A stretch of DNA of 57,526 nt from Dehalococcoidia bacterium. Lineage in GTDB: Bacteria; Chloroflexota; Dehalococcoidia; Lucifugimonadales; UBA3495. The translations under genes were made by a program, and so were the position numbers. Shown one piece after another: positions 10,198 to 20,953 of this stretch (its first letter is position 1; every line of letters starts with the position of its first letter). The stretch lies in NCBI GenBank assembly GCA_030740155.1, contig JASLXV010000059.1:1-57526 (forward strand), written 5' to 3'. The notes under the pieces are model-generated. The model was not told the DNA's origin and searched no databases. It saw only the letters and a program-made list of their open reading frames with translations.

Positions 10198-11223
10198 GTG
10201 CTCGATATTGTAGGCAAGCGGGGCTGGTACTTCCTGGTCTCGGCCCTCATCATTCTTCCCGGACTTATCTCGTTGATTTATCCGCCCGGCTGGCTATCGC
10301 TGGAATCGGGGCTCAACGCCGGAATTGACTTCACCAGCGGGTCGGTGTTGAACATGACCTTCGAGGATCGCATCGACGAGGCGGATATCCAGGCGCGAAT
10401 GGATGAGCTGGGCTATCCGGAAGCGTTGATTCAGAAGATCGGCAGCCGGTCCGTGTTCATCCGCACCAAGTTGTTGGATGATGAGGATTCCAGTGACCGG
10501 GGTCCCTTCCGGCCCGAGTGCATCGAGGATGGCCGGTCCGAGCGCCAGTGCATTCAGGACGACCTGGACAAGTTTGTCGGTGCCGTTGAAAGCGTGGACT
10601 TCGCCTCGATCTCTCCGATCATCGCGAGGGAAACGGTCAAGAACGCGTTCTACGCGATGCTGGCGGCATCGGTGGTCATAATGCTCTACATCTGGTACGC
10701 CTTTCGCAAGGTCCCCAAGGCGTATCGCTACGGGTTCAGCGCGATCCTGGCCTTGGTCCACGATGTCCTGTTCGTCCTGGGGGTGTTCTCGATCCTGGGG
10801 AGGGTGGTCAACATGGAGGTCAACTCCATGTTCATCGTCGGCCTCCTGATCGTAGCCGGCTACAGCGTCAACGATACAATCGTGGTGTTCGATAGGATTC
10901 GGGAAAATGTGATGCGGCATCCGGATCGCCCCCTGGCCGGGCTGGTGAATCTGAGCATCCTGGATACCATGGGGCGGTCTCTGAACACCAGCTTCACCAC
11001 CCTGTTCGTGCTCCTGGCCATGCTGCTGATCGGCGGCCCCAGCATTCAGGGCATGCTGCTGGTGGTGGCCCTGGGCGCGGTGGTGGGGACCTACAGCTCC
11101 GTTTTCATTGCCAGCCAGTTCCTGATCATCTGGGACCGCGGCGAGATCGGAAAGCTGCTGCGCCGGGGCCGGCGCGGGCCGGCCGCCGCTGCCGCGGGTC
11201 TACTTCACCTCATCGGCCGCTAG
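10198..11223 (+). CDS. secF: Protein translocase subunit SecF
   Basis: GIDFTSGS, ALVHDV, GYSVNDTIVVFDRIREN, RSLNTS, GTYSSVFIA. Confidence 0.97.
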   Translation: MLDIVGKRGWYFLVSALIILPGLISLIYPPGWLSLESGLNAGIDFTSGSVLNMTFEDRIDEADIQARMDELGYPEALIQKIGSRSVFIRTKLLDDEDSSDRGPFRPECIEDGRSERQCIQDDLDKFVGAVESVDFASISPIIARETVKNAFYAMLAASVVIMLYIWYAFRKVPKAYRYGFSAILALVHDVLFVLGVFSILGRVVNMEVNSMFIVGLLIVAGYSVNDTIVVFDRIRENVMRHPDRPLAGLVNLSILDTMGRSLNTSFTTLFVLLAMLLIGGPSIQGMLLVVALGAVVGTYSSVFIASQFLIIWDRGEIGKLLRRGRRGPAAAAAGLLHLIGR

Positions 11224-11283
11224 CGTGCTGATAGGTAATTAGCGCTACATCACCGGAATCGCGCGACGTTCTCTCTCCGCCTT

Positions 11284-11865
11284 CGTCTTTCCGGCGAAGG
11301 CCGGAACCCAGCTAACCAAGCTCCTCATACAAGTCGCGCCATCGGGGATTCGATTCCTCAATTAGTGCGATCTTCCAGGACCGCTTCCAATCCTTGATTC
11401 TCTTCTCTCGCCCAATGGCACTTTCCATCGTAACGTGCGCTTCGTACCACACTAGCGCGTGCACGCCGTATCGCTGAGTGAACCCTTGGGCCAGGTCCCC
11501 TTTTTGTTGCCAGGCACGTTGGACGAGATTGGAGGTGACTCCCACGTACAGCGTGCCGTTTCGCCTGCTGGCCAGGAGGTAGACGCAAGGTTTTGCCGCC
11601 CTGGGTTCCGGCTTCCGCCGGAACGACGATGGTGATGCATAAGGGTGTTCCTCCTCGTTTCGGCGATGCTCCCCTCAACAATCCAGCACCCCTCCACGGC
11701 AGCTGCGACATTCCCCTTGTAACGGCGGCGCTCCTCTCGTCAATCCGGCACCCTTCCTCGGCAACGGCGACACTCCCCTCGCTAGGGCGACATTTTCTCG
11801 TCTTTCCGGCGAAGGCCGGAACCCAGGGAAGTTTCAACTGGATCCCGGCCTTCGCCGGGATGACG
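11284..11865. repeat. Four CGTC-type REP-like palindromes (28 bp) at 11284-11311, 11601-11628 (inverted), 11799-11826 and 11838-11865 (inverted)
   Basis: Consensus cgtctttccggcgaaggccggaacccag. Copies 1 and 3 are identical. Copies 3 and 4 form an inverted doublet with an 11-bp spacer. Confidence 0.85.
11312..11640 (-). pseudogene. Small GIY-YIG nuclease, lacking an in-frame start (frameshifted or 5'-disrupted)
   Basis: The frame reads KPCVYLLASRRNGTLYVGVTSNLVQRAWQQ...AIGREKRIKDWKRSWKIALIEESNP. The RBS-ATG (aggag..ATG at 11640) is in another frame, and the nuclease frame has a stop upstream. Confidence 0.75.
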
Positions 11866-11928
11866 GACCGGGCATCAAGCCGTTTCCGAGATGCCAGTGC
11901 CTGGTTTCGGGAATTGCGGTTAGGCTGA

Positions 11929-12099
11929 CTCGTCCGCCCGAGGCTTGTCGAAGCGCCTAGTGTCGGTGGTTCGACAAGCTCACCACGAACGGTGGAGGTG
12001 GATTCCTACCTGGTGCCGGTGGTTCGACAAGCTTGCCATGAACGGTGGAGGTGGATCCCACCTGGTGCCGGCGGTTCGACAAGCTTGCCACGAACGGTG
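11929..12099. repeat. Second REP-like family (ggttcgacaagctcaccacgaacgg): about 2.6 tandem copies of a 52-53 bp unit plus an inverted partial copy
   Basis: Units start at 11960, 12013 and 12065. The inverted copy gaggcttgtcgaag is at about 11940-11953. Confidence 0.85.
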
Positions 12100-12173
12100 T
12101 TGATAACGCCCATTATCGAAAAGGAAGTACTGGACCGGTCGAGGCCCGGCACAGCACCCGCCGCGCCGCTTCG

Positions 12174-13205
12174 TTAGCCCGGTAACAGGACCAGGCGGCC
12201 CAAGACGCTACGGCTGGAGAGGAGATCGAAGGCGGTTGCGGCCTGGTCCAAGGGAAGGCTCTGGCTCACCACCGGTCTGAGGGCGCCCCGGACGACCATG
12301 TCGGCGACCCGCCGGACCAGGGCGCGGGAGACCCCCGAGGAGCCCAGGATTCGAGCATCGCGGAAGATTACCTCCGCCAAGTCCAGACTCACCGGAACTC
12401 CGCTGATCTCCCCCAGCAGGACCAGGCGTCCGTACTGGCCCAGGCTGCGCCACGTGGCCGGAAACAGGGCTGAACCGACGGTGTCGATGACCACGCCGGC
12501 GCCCTCGTCCTCGGTCAAGGCCAGTACCATCTCGTCGAAGTCCAGAGGCGCGGTTTCCAGCACCTGCGACGCCCCCAGCAGCGTCAGGTCCGCCTCCTTT
12601 TCCGGTGAGGAGGTAACCGCCATCACCTGGCCCTCCATCGCCGCGCCGATCTGCACGGCATGGACTCCCAGGCCGCCCCCGGCGCCGGTAACCACCACGG
12701 TCTCACCGGGTTGGACCTTCGCCACTTGCTGGACCGCCTGTAGGGATACTCCCATGGGGCAGGCGAAGAGGGCGGCGCCGGTCAAGTCTACACTCTCGGG
12801 GATGGGGACCAGGCTGTGCTCGGAGACGGCCAGGAATTCAGCAAACCCACCGTCCCGGCCGTGGCCGATGCCCGTGCCCCGCCGGCAACGGTGCTCACGG
12901 CCTTGTTTGCAGCGGTCGCAACGGCCGCACGCGTCGGTCAGAATGTTTACCACCCGGTCTCCGGCCCGGAGCGTGCTGACACCTTCGCCCACTTGGACCA
13001 CCGTACCGGCCACCTCGTGTCCCAGAATCGATCCGGGCTTGACGCCCCGCCGGAGCACCCCTTTCATGACCAGCAGGTCGTGATGACAGAACCCGCAGGC
13101 GGCCACCCGCACTAGGGCTTCACCGGGGCCCGGAACCGGATCGGGCACCTGGGTAACGGATAGAACCGGGGGGTTGCCGGGTTTTTCCACAATCAACGCG
13201 CGCAT
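12174..13205 (-). CDS. Zinc-dependent (MDR family) alcohol dehydrogenase
   Basis: GFCHHD, GHE, structural Zn motif CGRCDRC...C, and VTGAGGGLG nucleotide-binding loop. Confidence 0.93.
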   Translation of the reverse strand: MRALIVEKPGNPPVLSVTQVPDPVPGPGEALVRVAACGFCHHDLLVMKGVLRRGVKPGSILGHEVAGTVVQVGEGVSTLRAGDRVVNILTDACGRCDRCKQGREHRCRRGTGIGHGRDGGFAEFLAVSEHSLVPIPESVDLTGAALFACPMGVSLQAVQQVAKVQPGETVVVTGAGGGLGVHAVQIGAAMEGQVMAVTSSPEKEADLTLLGASQVLETAPLDFDEMVLALTEDEGAGVVIDTVGSALFPATWRSLGQYGRLVLLGEISGVPVSLDLAEVIFRDARILGSSGVSRALVRRVADMVVRGALRPVVSQSLPLDQAATAFDLLSSRSVLGRLVLLPG

Positions 13206-13356
13206 AGTTGCTGGTATTATAGTCCGGCGTCGATGGTTGTCTAGCCGCCATTTGGCTTATAATTTGATAGAGGGTACAACTAATTGGGAAAGGTCTCAGG
13301 GCGCTCTTCCCAGAGAACCATCTCCCAGGTGCTAATCGATCCTGGAGGGAGAACCC

Positions 13357-14214
13357 ATGAAAATAGGCGCCCATGTGTCTACCGCGGGGGGAATCAGCAA
13401 GTCGGTGGGCCGCGCTGTGGAAATCGGAGCCGAGACCATTCAGATCTTCGGGTCGTCGCCCCAAGCCTGGGCCTTCAAGCCTATTTCCGGGGAGGAAGTG
13501 AAAGCTTTCCGGCAGAGTGCGGCCGAGGCGGGAATAGGGCCGGTGTTCCTCCACGCGATCTACCTGGTCAACCTGGGGACGCCCAAGCCGGAGTTGCTGG
13601 AAAAGGGAATCGAGTCGCTGGTGAACTATATGAATCTGGCCGCGGATATCGGCGCGGCGGGGGTCATCTTTCATCCGGGCAGCCACGGGGGCGCCGGCTA
13701 CGAGGCCGTCTACCCGCAAACCGTGTCGTCCATCCAGCGGGTGCTGGAGGGCTCTCCGGAGAACTCCACGCTGGTGCTGGAGAACATGGCGGGCATGGGC
13801 CAGCATATCGGCGCCAAGTTTGAGGAGTTGGGGCGCATTTTGGAAGGCGTGGGCAGCTCCAGGCTCCGGGTGTGCCTGGATACCCAACACTGCTTCGCGG
13901 CCGGTTACGACCTGACCAACCGTGATGGGATCGAATCGATGATAGCCGAGTTCGACAGGGACGTTGGCGTGGCCAACCTGGTAGCCGTTCACGCCAACGA
14001 CTCCAAGCGCGTCTGCGGTTCAGGCGTCGACCGCCACGACAACATCGGTGAAGGTTTCATTGGAGAAGACGGCTTCGCGGCGATCATGGAAAACCCGGCG
14101 TTCCGGGACGTGCCGTTCCTGCTGGAGGTGCCCGGTTTCGAGGGCAAGGGACCGGACCGGCAAAACATCGACCTGTTAAAAAGCCTACGCCAAAGGTTAG
14201 AGATCGCCAGTTGA
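13357..14214 (+). CDS. nfo: Endonuclease IV
   Basis: IGAHVSTAGG, HAIYLVNL, FHPGS, LENMAG, CLDTQH, HANDSK, DRHDNIGEG. Confidence 0.96.
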   Translation: MKIGAHVSTAGGISKSVGRAVEIGAETIQIFGSSPQAWAFKPISGEEVKAFRQSAAEAGIGPVFLHAIYLVNLGTPKPELLEKGIESLVNYMNLAADIGAAGVIFHPGSHGGAGYEAVYPQTVSSIQRVLEGSPENSTLVLENMAGMGQHIGAKFEELGRILEGVGSSRLRVCLDTQHCFAAGYDLTNRDGIESMIAEFDRDVGVANLVAVHANDSKRVCGSGVDRHDNIGEGFIGEDGFAAIMENPAFRDVPFLLEVPGFEGKGPDRQNIDLLKSLRQRLEIAS

Positions 14215-14579
14215 TTCACCTGTCCCGCCGAGAGTTCATCCGCCTGGTGCGCCAGGCGTACCGCCGGGTGCCGCCTGCCATGCGGGAGGCGATGCACAAC
14301 GTGGATATCGTGGTGGAGGAGAGGCCCCGCCCGGAGGATCTGGACCTGGCCGACGCGGGGGCCACGCTGTTCGGGATGTACACTGGGGTGCCGCTGCCCG
14401 AGCGGGAAGGCGGTGAGCCGCTGCTGCCCGACCGGATCGTCCTCTATCGCCGGCCAATTCTGGAAAGCTGCTCCACCCGCGCCGAGGCGGTGCGGGAGAT
14501 TCGCGTTACACTTTTGCATGAGGTGGGCCACTACTTGGGCATGAACGAGGAAGATTTGGATCGGCTGGGTTATGGTTAG
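14211..14579 (+). CDS. Zinicin-like metallopeptidase (DUF1025)
   Basis: LFGMYTGVP, PDRIVLYRRPI, TLLHEVGHYLG. Overlaps the nfo stop. Confidence 0.9.
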   Translation: MIHLSRREFIRLVRQAYRRVPPAMREAMHNVDIVVEERPRPEDLDLADAGATLFGMYTGVPLPEREGGEPLLPDRIVLYRRPILESCSTRAEAVREIRVTLLHEVGHYLGMNEEDLDRLGYG

Positions 14580-15072
14580 CCAGTTGCGGTCTACCATGAC
14601 GAGCCGCCTGGCCGCCATCATGGGCCCGCTGGGTTGGCTGGTGGGCACCGGGCTGGGAGCAGGTCTGGCCCCGGTCGCGCCGGCCACGGCGGGCAGCTTC
14701 GTGGCCCTGGTCATATACTACTATCTCCCCATCGACGGATACTCGGTAGCCCTGTACCTGATGATCGGGGTTGGCTTTTCCGCCGGGATTTGGGCAACGG
14801 GCAGCCTGAGCCGCCCCACCGACCCCGACCCCCGGCGGGCCGTCTGGGACGAGTTCGTGGGAGTATGGGCCACCTGCTTGTTTCTTCCCAAAACCCTCCC
14901 CTGGTTGGCCGCGGCCTTCATCTGCTTCCGCATTCTGGATATAGTGAAACCGTGGCCAATCCGCCGGCTGGAGCGTCTCCCCGGAGGGTGGGGAATAATG
15001 GCGGACGACCTGCTGGCGGGGGTATACGGCTTGACCCTGCTCAACGGCGTGAGGCTGATATTCTTCGACTGA
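14572..15072 (+). CDS. pgpA: Phosphatidylglycerophosphatase A
   Basis: DP..VWDEFVG, FRILDIVKPWPI, GGWGIMADDLLAG. Confidence 0.93.
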   Translation: MVSQLRSTMTSRLAAIMGPLGWLVGTGLGAGLAPVAPATAGSFVALVIYYYLPIDGYSVALYLMIGVGFSAGIWATGSLSRPTDPDPRRAVWDEFVGVWATCLFLPKTLPWLAAAFICFRILDIVKPWPIRRLERLPGGWGIMADDLLAGVYGLTLLNGVRLIFFD

Positions 15073-15134
15073 GCCGTCATTGCCGGGGCGGTAAATCTAG
15101 GCGGCGCGGACCGGTTTGGACCAGGCCTTCCGCG

Positions 15135-15163
15135 TTGCCCAGCTTCGGCGGCTGTGATATACT
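15135..15163 (+). promoter_or_regulatory. Sigma70-type promoter of the rpsB operon
   Basis: TTGCCC-17 bp-TATACT with an extended -10 TG. Confidence 0.65.
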
Positions 15164-15364
15164 CCACCTGATAATGCCTGCCTTATCGGGAACCGCTGGC
15201 CGGGAGAGAAGCAGAGGAGGCGGTTCTCAGCAGATGAGGGGGGTTTTTGTCGCTTGGGCCAAAGGCGCAGGGGCCCGAGGTTTAGCATGAGGTCCGGGTC
15301 TACCGGCATGTTTGAACGAAAACGGTATTAGAGCGAGGTAGGTAAGTTTGGAAAGGCAGGTCTT

Positions 15365-16411
15365 ATGGTGCAGTCCCTAGAGCGGCCGGTGGAGCCTCGA
15401 CCTGCTCCAATCAGGGAACCCCTAACCATGAAGTCGCTTCTGGAAGCAGGAGTCCACTTCGGGCACCAGACCCGGCGGTGGAACCCTCAGATGAAGCGCT
15501 ATATTTTCACCCAGCGTAACGGCATCCACATCATTGACCTGCAGCAGACGCTGGGCATGATTAACGATGCCTATCGGGCCATGGTGCAGTTGGTGGCCGA
15601 TGGCGGAAAGGTCCTTTTCGTCGGCACCAAGCGGCAAGCCCAAGACGTGGTGCTGGCCGAGGCCGAGCGTTGCGGCATGTGGTACGTCAACCAACGCTGG
15701 CTTGGGGGCACCCTCACCAATTACCAGACGATCCGCACGCGGATCAACTACATGCTCGAGTTGCAGCAAAAACGGGATCAAGGGTATTTCCGGGTCTTGC
15801 CCAAGAAGGAAGGGGTGAAGCTCAGGGACACCTTGGCCCGGCTTGAGAAGTACTTCCTGGGTATGCGGGAAATGAACCAAATACCCGCCGCCTTGTTCGT
15901 CATCGACATCGGCAAGGAAGATATCTGCATCGCCGAAGCCCAGCGCATGGGCGTGAAGATATTCGCCATCGTGGACACCGATTGCGACCCCGCGAAGGTC
16001 AGCCATCCGATGCCGGGCAATGACGACGCCGTTCGTTCCATCCGGCTTATTACCGGCAGAATGGCCACCGCGGTGTTGGAAGGCCTGGCCCAACGGGAAG
16101 CGTTGCTCGAAGCCGAGCGGGAAGAACTGGCCCTCGTGGAGGCGGCGCAAGCCGAGGAAGCCGAGGCGTTGGCTCTGTCGGAACGGGAAGAGCTAGCACT
16201 GTCCGAACAGGTGGGACAGGAAGGCCTGGACCAACTGGAGGATGAGTTGCTATCGGCGGGGCAATTCGAGGCGGCCGAATTCGACCAGGGGCCACCGCAA
16301 ACGGATACTGGTGTGTCGGAACTGCCGGGATCCAGCGCTTCGCTATCGAATGGTCAAGCCAATGGGGCGGATGACCGCGAGCCAGGCCCAACCCAGGCCG
16401 GCGCCGAGTAA
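15365..16411 (+). CDS. rpsB: 30S ribosomal protein S2 with long acidic C-terminal extension
   Basis: LLEAGVHFGH, RWLGGTLTN, PGNDDAVRSI. Confidence 0.98.
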   Translation: MVQSLERPVEPRPAPIREPLTMKSLLEAGVHFGHQTRRWNPQMKRYIFTQRNGIHIIDLQQTLGMINDAYRAMVQLVADGGKVLFVGTKRQAQDVVLAEAERCGMWYVNQRWLGGTLTNYQTIRTRINYMLELQQKRDQGYFRVLPKKEGVKLRDTLARLEKYFLGMREMNQIPAALFVIDIGKEDICIAEAQRMGVKIFAIVDTDCDPAKVSHPMPGNDDAVRSIRLITGRMATAVLEGLAQREALLEAEREELALVEAAQAEEAEALALSEREELALSEQVGQEGLDQLEDELLSAGQFEAAEFDQGPPQTDTGVSELPGSSASLSNGQANGADDREPGPTQAGAE

Positions 16412-16429
16412 TTCAGGAGGGCAATACTG

Positions 16430-18263
<1,834 letters not shown>

Positions 18264-18265
18264 CC

Positions 18266-19009
18266 ATGCAGGTTCGGACTGCCTCTTCTCAACCACCGTC
18301 GTCAGGACCCTCGAAGGTCCCCGTCCATGTGGCCATCATCATGGACGGCAACGGTCGCTGGGCTCAAAAGCGGGGCCTGCCTCGTCTGGACGGGCACCGG
18401 GCCGGAGTTGCCTGTATTCAAGAAGTGGTGAAGACCCTCTCGGCCAAAGGCGTAAAGTTCCTCACCCTGTACGCCTTTTCCACGGAGAACTGGAACCGCC
18501 CCACGCCAGAGGTGGAGGGCATTCTGGAAATTCTCTATGAAGCTCTGGCGGAGCGGACCCAAGCCCTGCACGAGAACAACGTCCACATCGTCCACGTTGG
18601 GAAGGCGGACCGGCTCAGCCGGGCACTGCAAGACGCGGTGTCCAGCGCCCAGGATCTGACCCGGCAAAACACCGGCATCACCCTGAACGTGGCCTTCGAT
18701 TACGGCGGGCGAGACGAAATCCTGGCCGCGGTAAAGAAGATCATCAGGGACGGGGTGCCGGCGGAAGAGGTGGATGAGGGGCTCTTTAGCAGCTATCTCT
18801 TTACGTCTCACTCCCCAGATCCAGACTTGATAATCCGCACCGGCGGCGAGTTGCGGATCAGCAACTTCTTGCTGTGGCAATCCGCCTATAGCGAGTACTA
18901 CCATACCCCCACCCTCTGGCCTGACCTGGACACGGCTGAACTGGAACGGGTCTTAGAGGCATTCAGTAACCGCCAGCGCCGTTTCGGCAGGTTAAGTCCC
19001 GAGGGCTGA
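18266..19009 (+). CDS. uppS: Undecaprenyl/polyprenyl diphosphate synthase
   Basis: HVAIIMDGNGRWA, YAFSTENW, DLIIRTGGELRISNFLLWQ. Confidence 0.97.
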   Translation: MQVRTASSQPPSSGPSKVPVHVAIIMDGNGRWAQKRGLPRLDGHRAGVACIQEVVKTLSAKGVKFLTLYAFSTENWNRPTPEVEGILEILYEALAERTQALHENNVHIVHVGKADRLSRALQDAVSSAQDLTRQNTGITLNVAFDYGGRDEILAAVKKIIRDGVPAEEVDEGLFSSYLFTSHSPDPDLIIRTGGELRISNFLLWQSAYSEYYHTPTLWPDLDTAELERVLEAFSNRQRRFGRLSPEG

Positions 19010-19834
19010 TTGTTGCTCCACCGGATGATCTCGGCCCTGGTGGGGATTCCGGTCGTGGTGGGGGCTATCTGGTTGGGGGCGCCGTGGCTCACCGTCCTGG
19101 TGGCCGCGGCCGCGGTCTTGGGGGTTCGCGAAGCCTATCGAATGTTACCCCCCGGTATCGGTCCTTTCCCCGTCGCTCTGGGAATACTGTGGGCCATCGC
19201 CCTGGTGGTGGGCGCCCAAGCCGGGTCCGGTCTCAGCAGCTTCCTGCTCATCTCCGCCGGCATACTAGCTGCCGGCGCCTTCGTTGCGATCCTCTGGTTC
19301 ATCGCCTTCTACTCCGGGGGCAGATATCTGGTTGCCGGGATCTTCCTGGTGGGCGGGCCGGTGTACGTCGCCTTTCTGCTGAGCCACAGCCTGCCCCTGC
19401 GGGAAATAGGGGGCGCCGGCGACCTGGGCCGGAACTGGCTCCTGTTTGCCCTTCTGGTGACCTTCGCCACCGACACCGGCGCTTTCCTTTCGGGCCGTTT
19501 GCTGGGCCGGCACTCCCTGGCGCCCAGCATCAGCCCCAACAAGACCTGGGAAGGAGCGGCCGGCGGTTTGATCTGGGCGGTGTTTGCCACAGTGGCTCTG
19601 GGCCTGATATTCGATCTGGCGATACCTCGCTGGCAGCAGGGAACCATCGGAGCCACGATTGGGGCGGTCTCCCAATGGGGCGATTTGTTCGAGTCCAAGA
19701 TCAAGCGCCTATCCCTGGTCAAGGACGCGGGCGGCATCGTCCCGGGACACGGCGGTATCCTGGACCGGCTGGACAGCGTTGTGGTCTCAGTTCCCGTGGT
19801 GTACTATCTTCTTGCCACGGTATTTAAGCCATGA
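19010..19834 (+). CDS. cdsA: Phosphatidate cytidylyltransferase
   Basis: SPNKTWEG, GDLFESKIKR, KDAGGIVPGHGGILDRLDS. Confidence 0.96.
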   Translation: MLLHRMISALVGIPVVVGAIWLGAPWLTVLVAAAAVLGVREAYRMLPPGIGPFPVALGILWAIALVVGAQAGSGLSSFLLISAGILAAGAFVAILWFIAFYSGGRYLVAGIFLVGGPVYVAFLLSHSLPLREIGGAGDLGRNWLLFALLVTFATDTGAFLSGRLLGRHSLAPSISPNKTWEGAAGGLIWAVFATVALGLIFDLAIPRWQQGTIGATIGAVSQWGDLFESKIKRLSLVKDAGGIVPGHGGILDRLDSVVVSVPVVYYLLATVFKP

Positions 19835-20949
19835 AGAAGATAGTTATTCTCGGCTCGACCGGTTCCATTGGCCGGCAGACGCTGGATGTCGTAAGGGTTT
19901 TCCCGGGCGAGTTTGAGGTGGTTGGCCTGGCCGCTGGTTCGAACTCAAACCTGCTTGTCCAGCAAATGGCGGAATTCCACCCCAAACACGTGTTCTGCCT
20001 GGATCCCCCCAAAAAGATACCGAAAGGCGTGACCTTTACCGAAATGGCCGAAATGGTGTGCCTGGAAGAGGTGGACCTGGTCATGGTGGCCACCACGGGC
20101 AGCGTCGGCCTGATCCCCACGCTCAACGCCCTGAAGCAAGGAAAATCGGTGGCTCTGTCGAACAAAGAGCCCATCGTGATGGCCGGTGGGTTGATCAAAG
20201 AGTACGAGGCGCTCTACGGCGGCGCGGTGCTGCCGGTGGATAGCGAGCCCAGCGCCATCTGGCAGTGCTTGCAAGGGGAAGACAGCACCATCCGCCGGCT
20301 GATGATCACCGCGTCCGGAGGGCCGTTTCGGACCACCCCCCTGGAAGAGCTGGCCCAAGTCACGGCGGTTCGCGCCCTGCACCATCCAACATGGAGCATG
20401 GGCCGCAAGATCACCATCGACTCGGCGACCATGATGAACAAAGCCTTCGAGGTCATCGAAGCGCACTGGTTATTCAATGTTCCCTGGGATAATATAGAAG
20501 TGGTGATTCATCCCCAGAGCACGATTCATTCGATGGTGGAGTTCGCGGACGGTTCGGTGAAGGCCCAACTGGGCCCACCCGATATGAGGCTGCCGATCCA
20601 GTACGCTCTCTTCTACCCGAAACGGGTTTCCAACGATATGATCCCAAAGCTAGATACAGGCATCTCTCACTCTCTGACCTTCGGGCCGATGGCTCCGGAG
20701 CGCTACCCGTGCTTCGATTTGGCCTTGGCCGCCGCACGGAAAGAAGGCACTCTGCCCACGGTGTTGAGCGCCGCCGATGAGGTAGCGGTCGAGGCCTTTT
20801 TGCAAGAGAAGATCGGGTTTACCGAGATCTACCGGGTGGTTGAAACGGTCCTCTCCGAACATCGGCTGCTGCCGGGCCGGGACGCCGAGGAGTTGATGGA
20901 AGCGGACCGGTGGGCAACCGTGCGAGCCCGCGAGATCATCCGGCATTAG
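19831..20949 (+). CDS. dxr: 1-deoxy-D-xylulose-5-phosphate reductoisomerase
   Basis: LGSTGSIG, PVDSE, TASGGPFR, HPTWSMGRKITIDSATMMNK. Confidence 0.97.
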   Translation: MKKIVILGSTGSIGRQTLDVVRVFPGEFEVVGLAAGSNSNLLVQQMAEFHPKHVFCLDPPKKIPKGVTFTEMAEMVCLEEVDLVMVATTGSVGLIPTLNALKQGKSVALSNKEPIVMAGGLIKEYEALYGGAVLPVDSEPSAIWQCLQGEDSTIRRLMITASGGPFRTTPLEELAQVTAVRALHHPTWSMGRKITIDSATMMNKAFEVIEAHWLFNVPWDNIEVVIHPQSTIHSMVEFADGSVKAQLGPPDMRLPIQYALFYPKRVSNDMIPKLDTGISHSLTFGPMAPERYPCFDLALAAARKEGTLPTVLSAADEVAVEAFLQEKIGFTEIYRVVETVLSEHRLLPGRDAEELMEADRWATVRAREIIRH

Positions 20950-20953
20950 CGGA

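Noticed and set aside
11960..12099. Possible CRISPR array
   Set aside because: The intervening sequences are near-identical rather than unique spacers, there are no cas genes, and the same repeat occurs as an inverted doublet at 25462.
15180..15240. SAM-I riboswitch (cttatc...gatgag ends)
   Set aside because: It lacks the kink-turn/pseudoknot and GCAACC/GGTGC core, is too short, and precedes rpsB.
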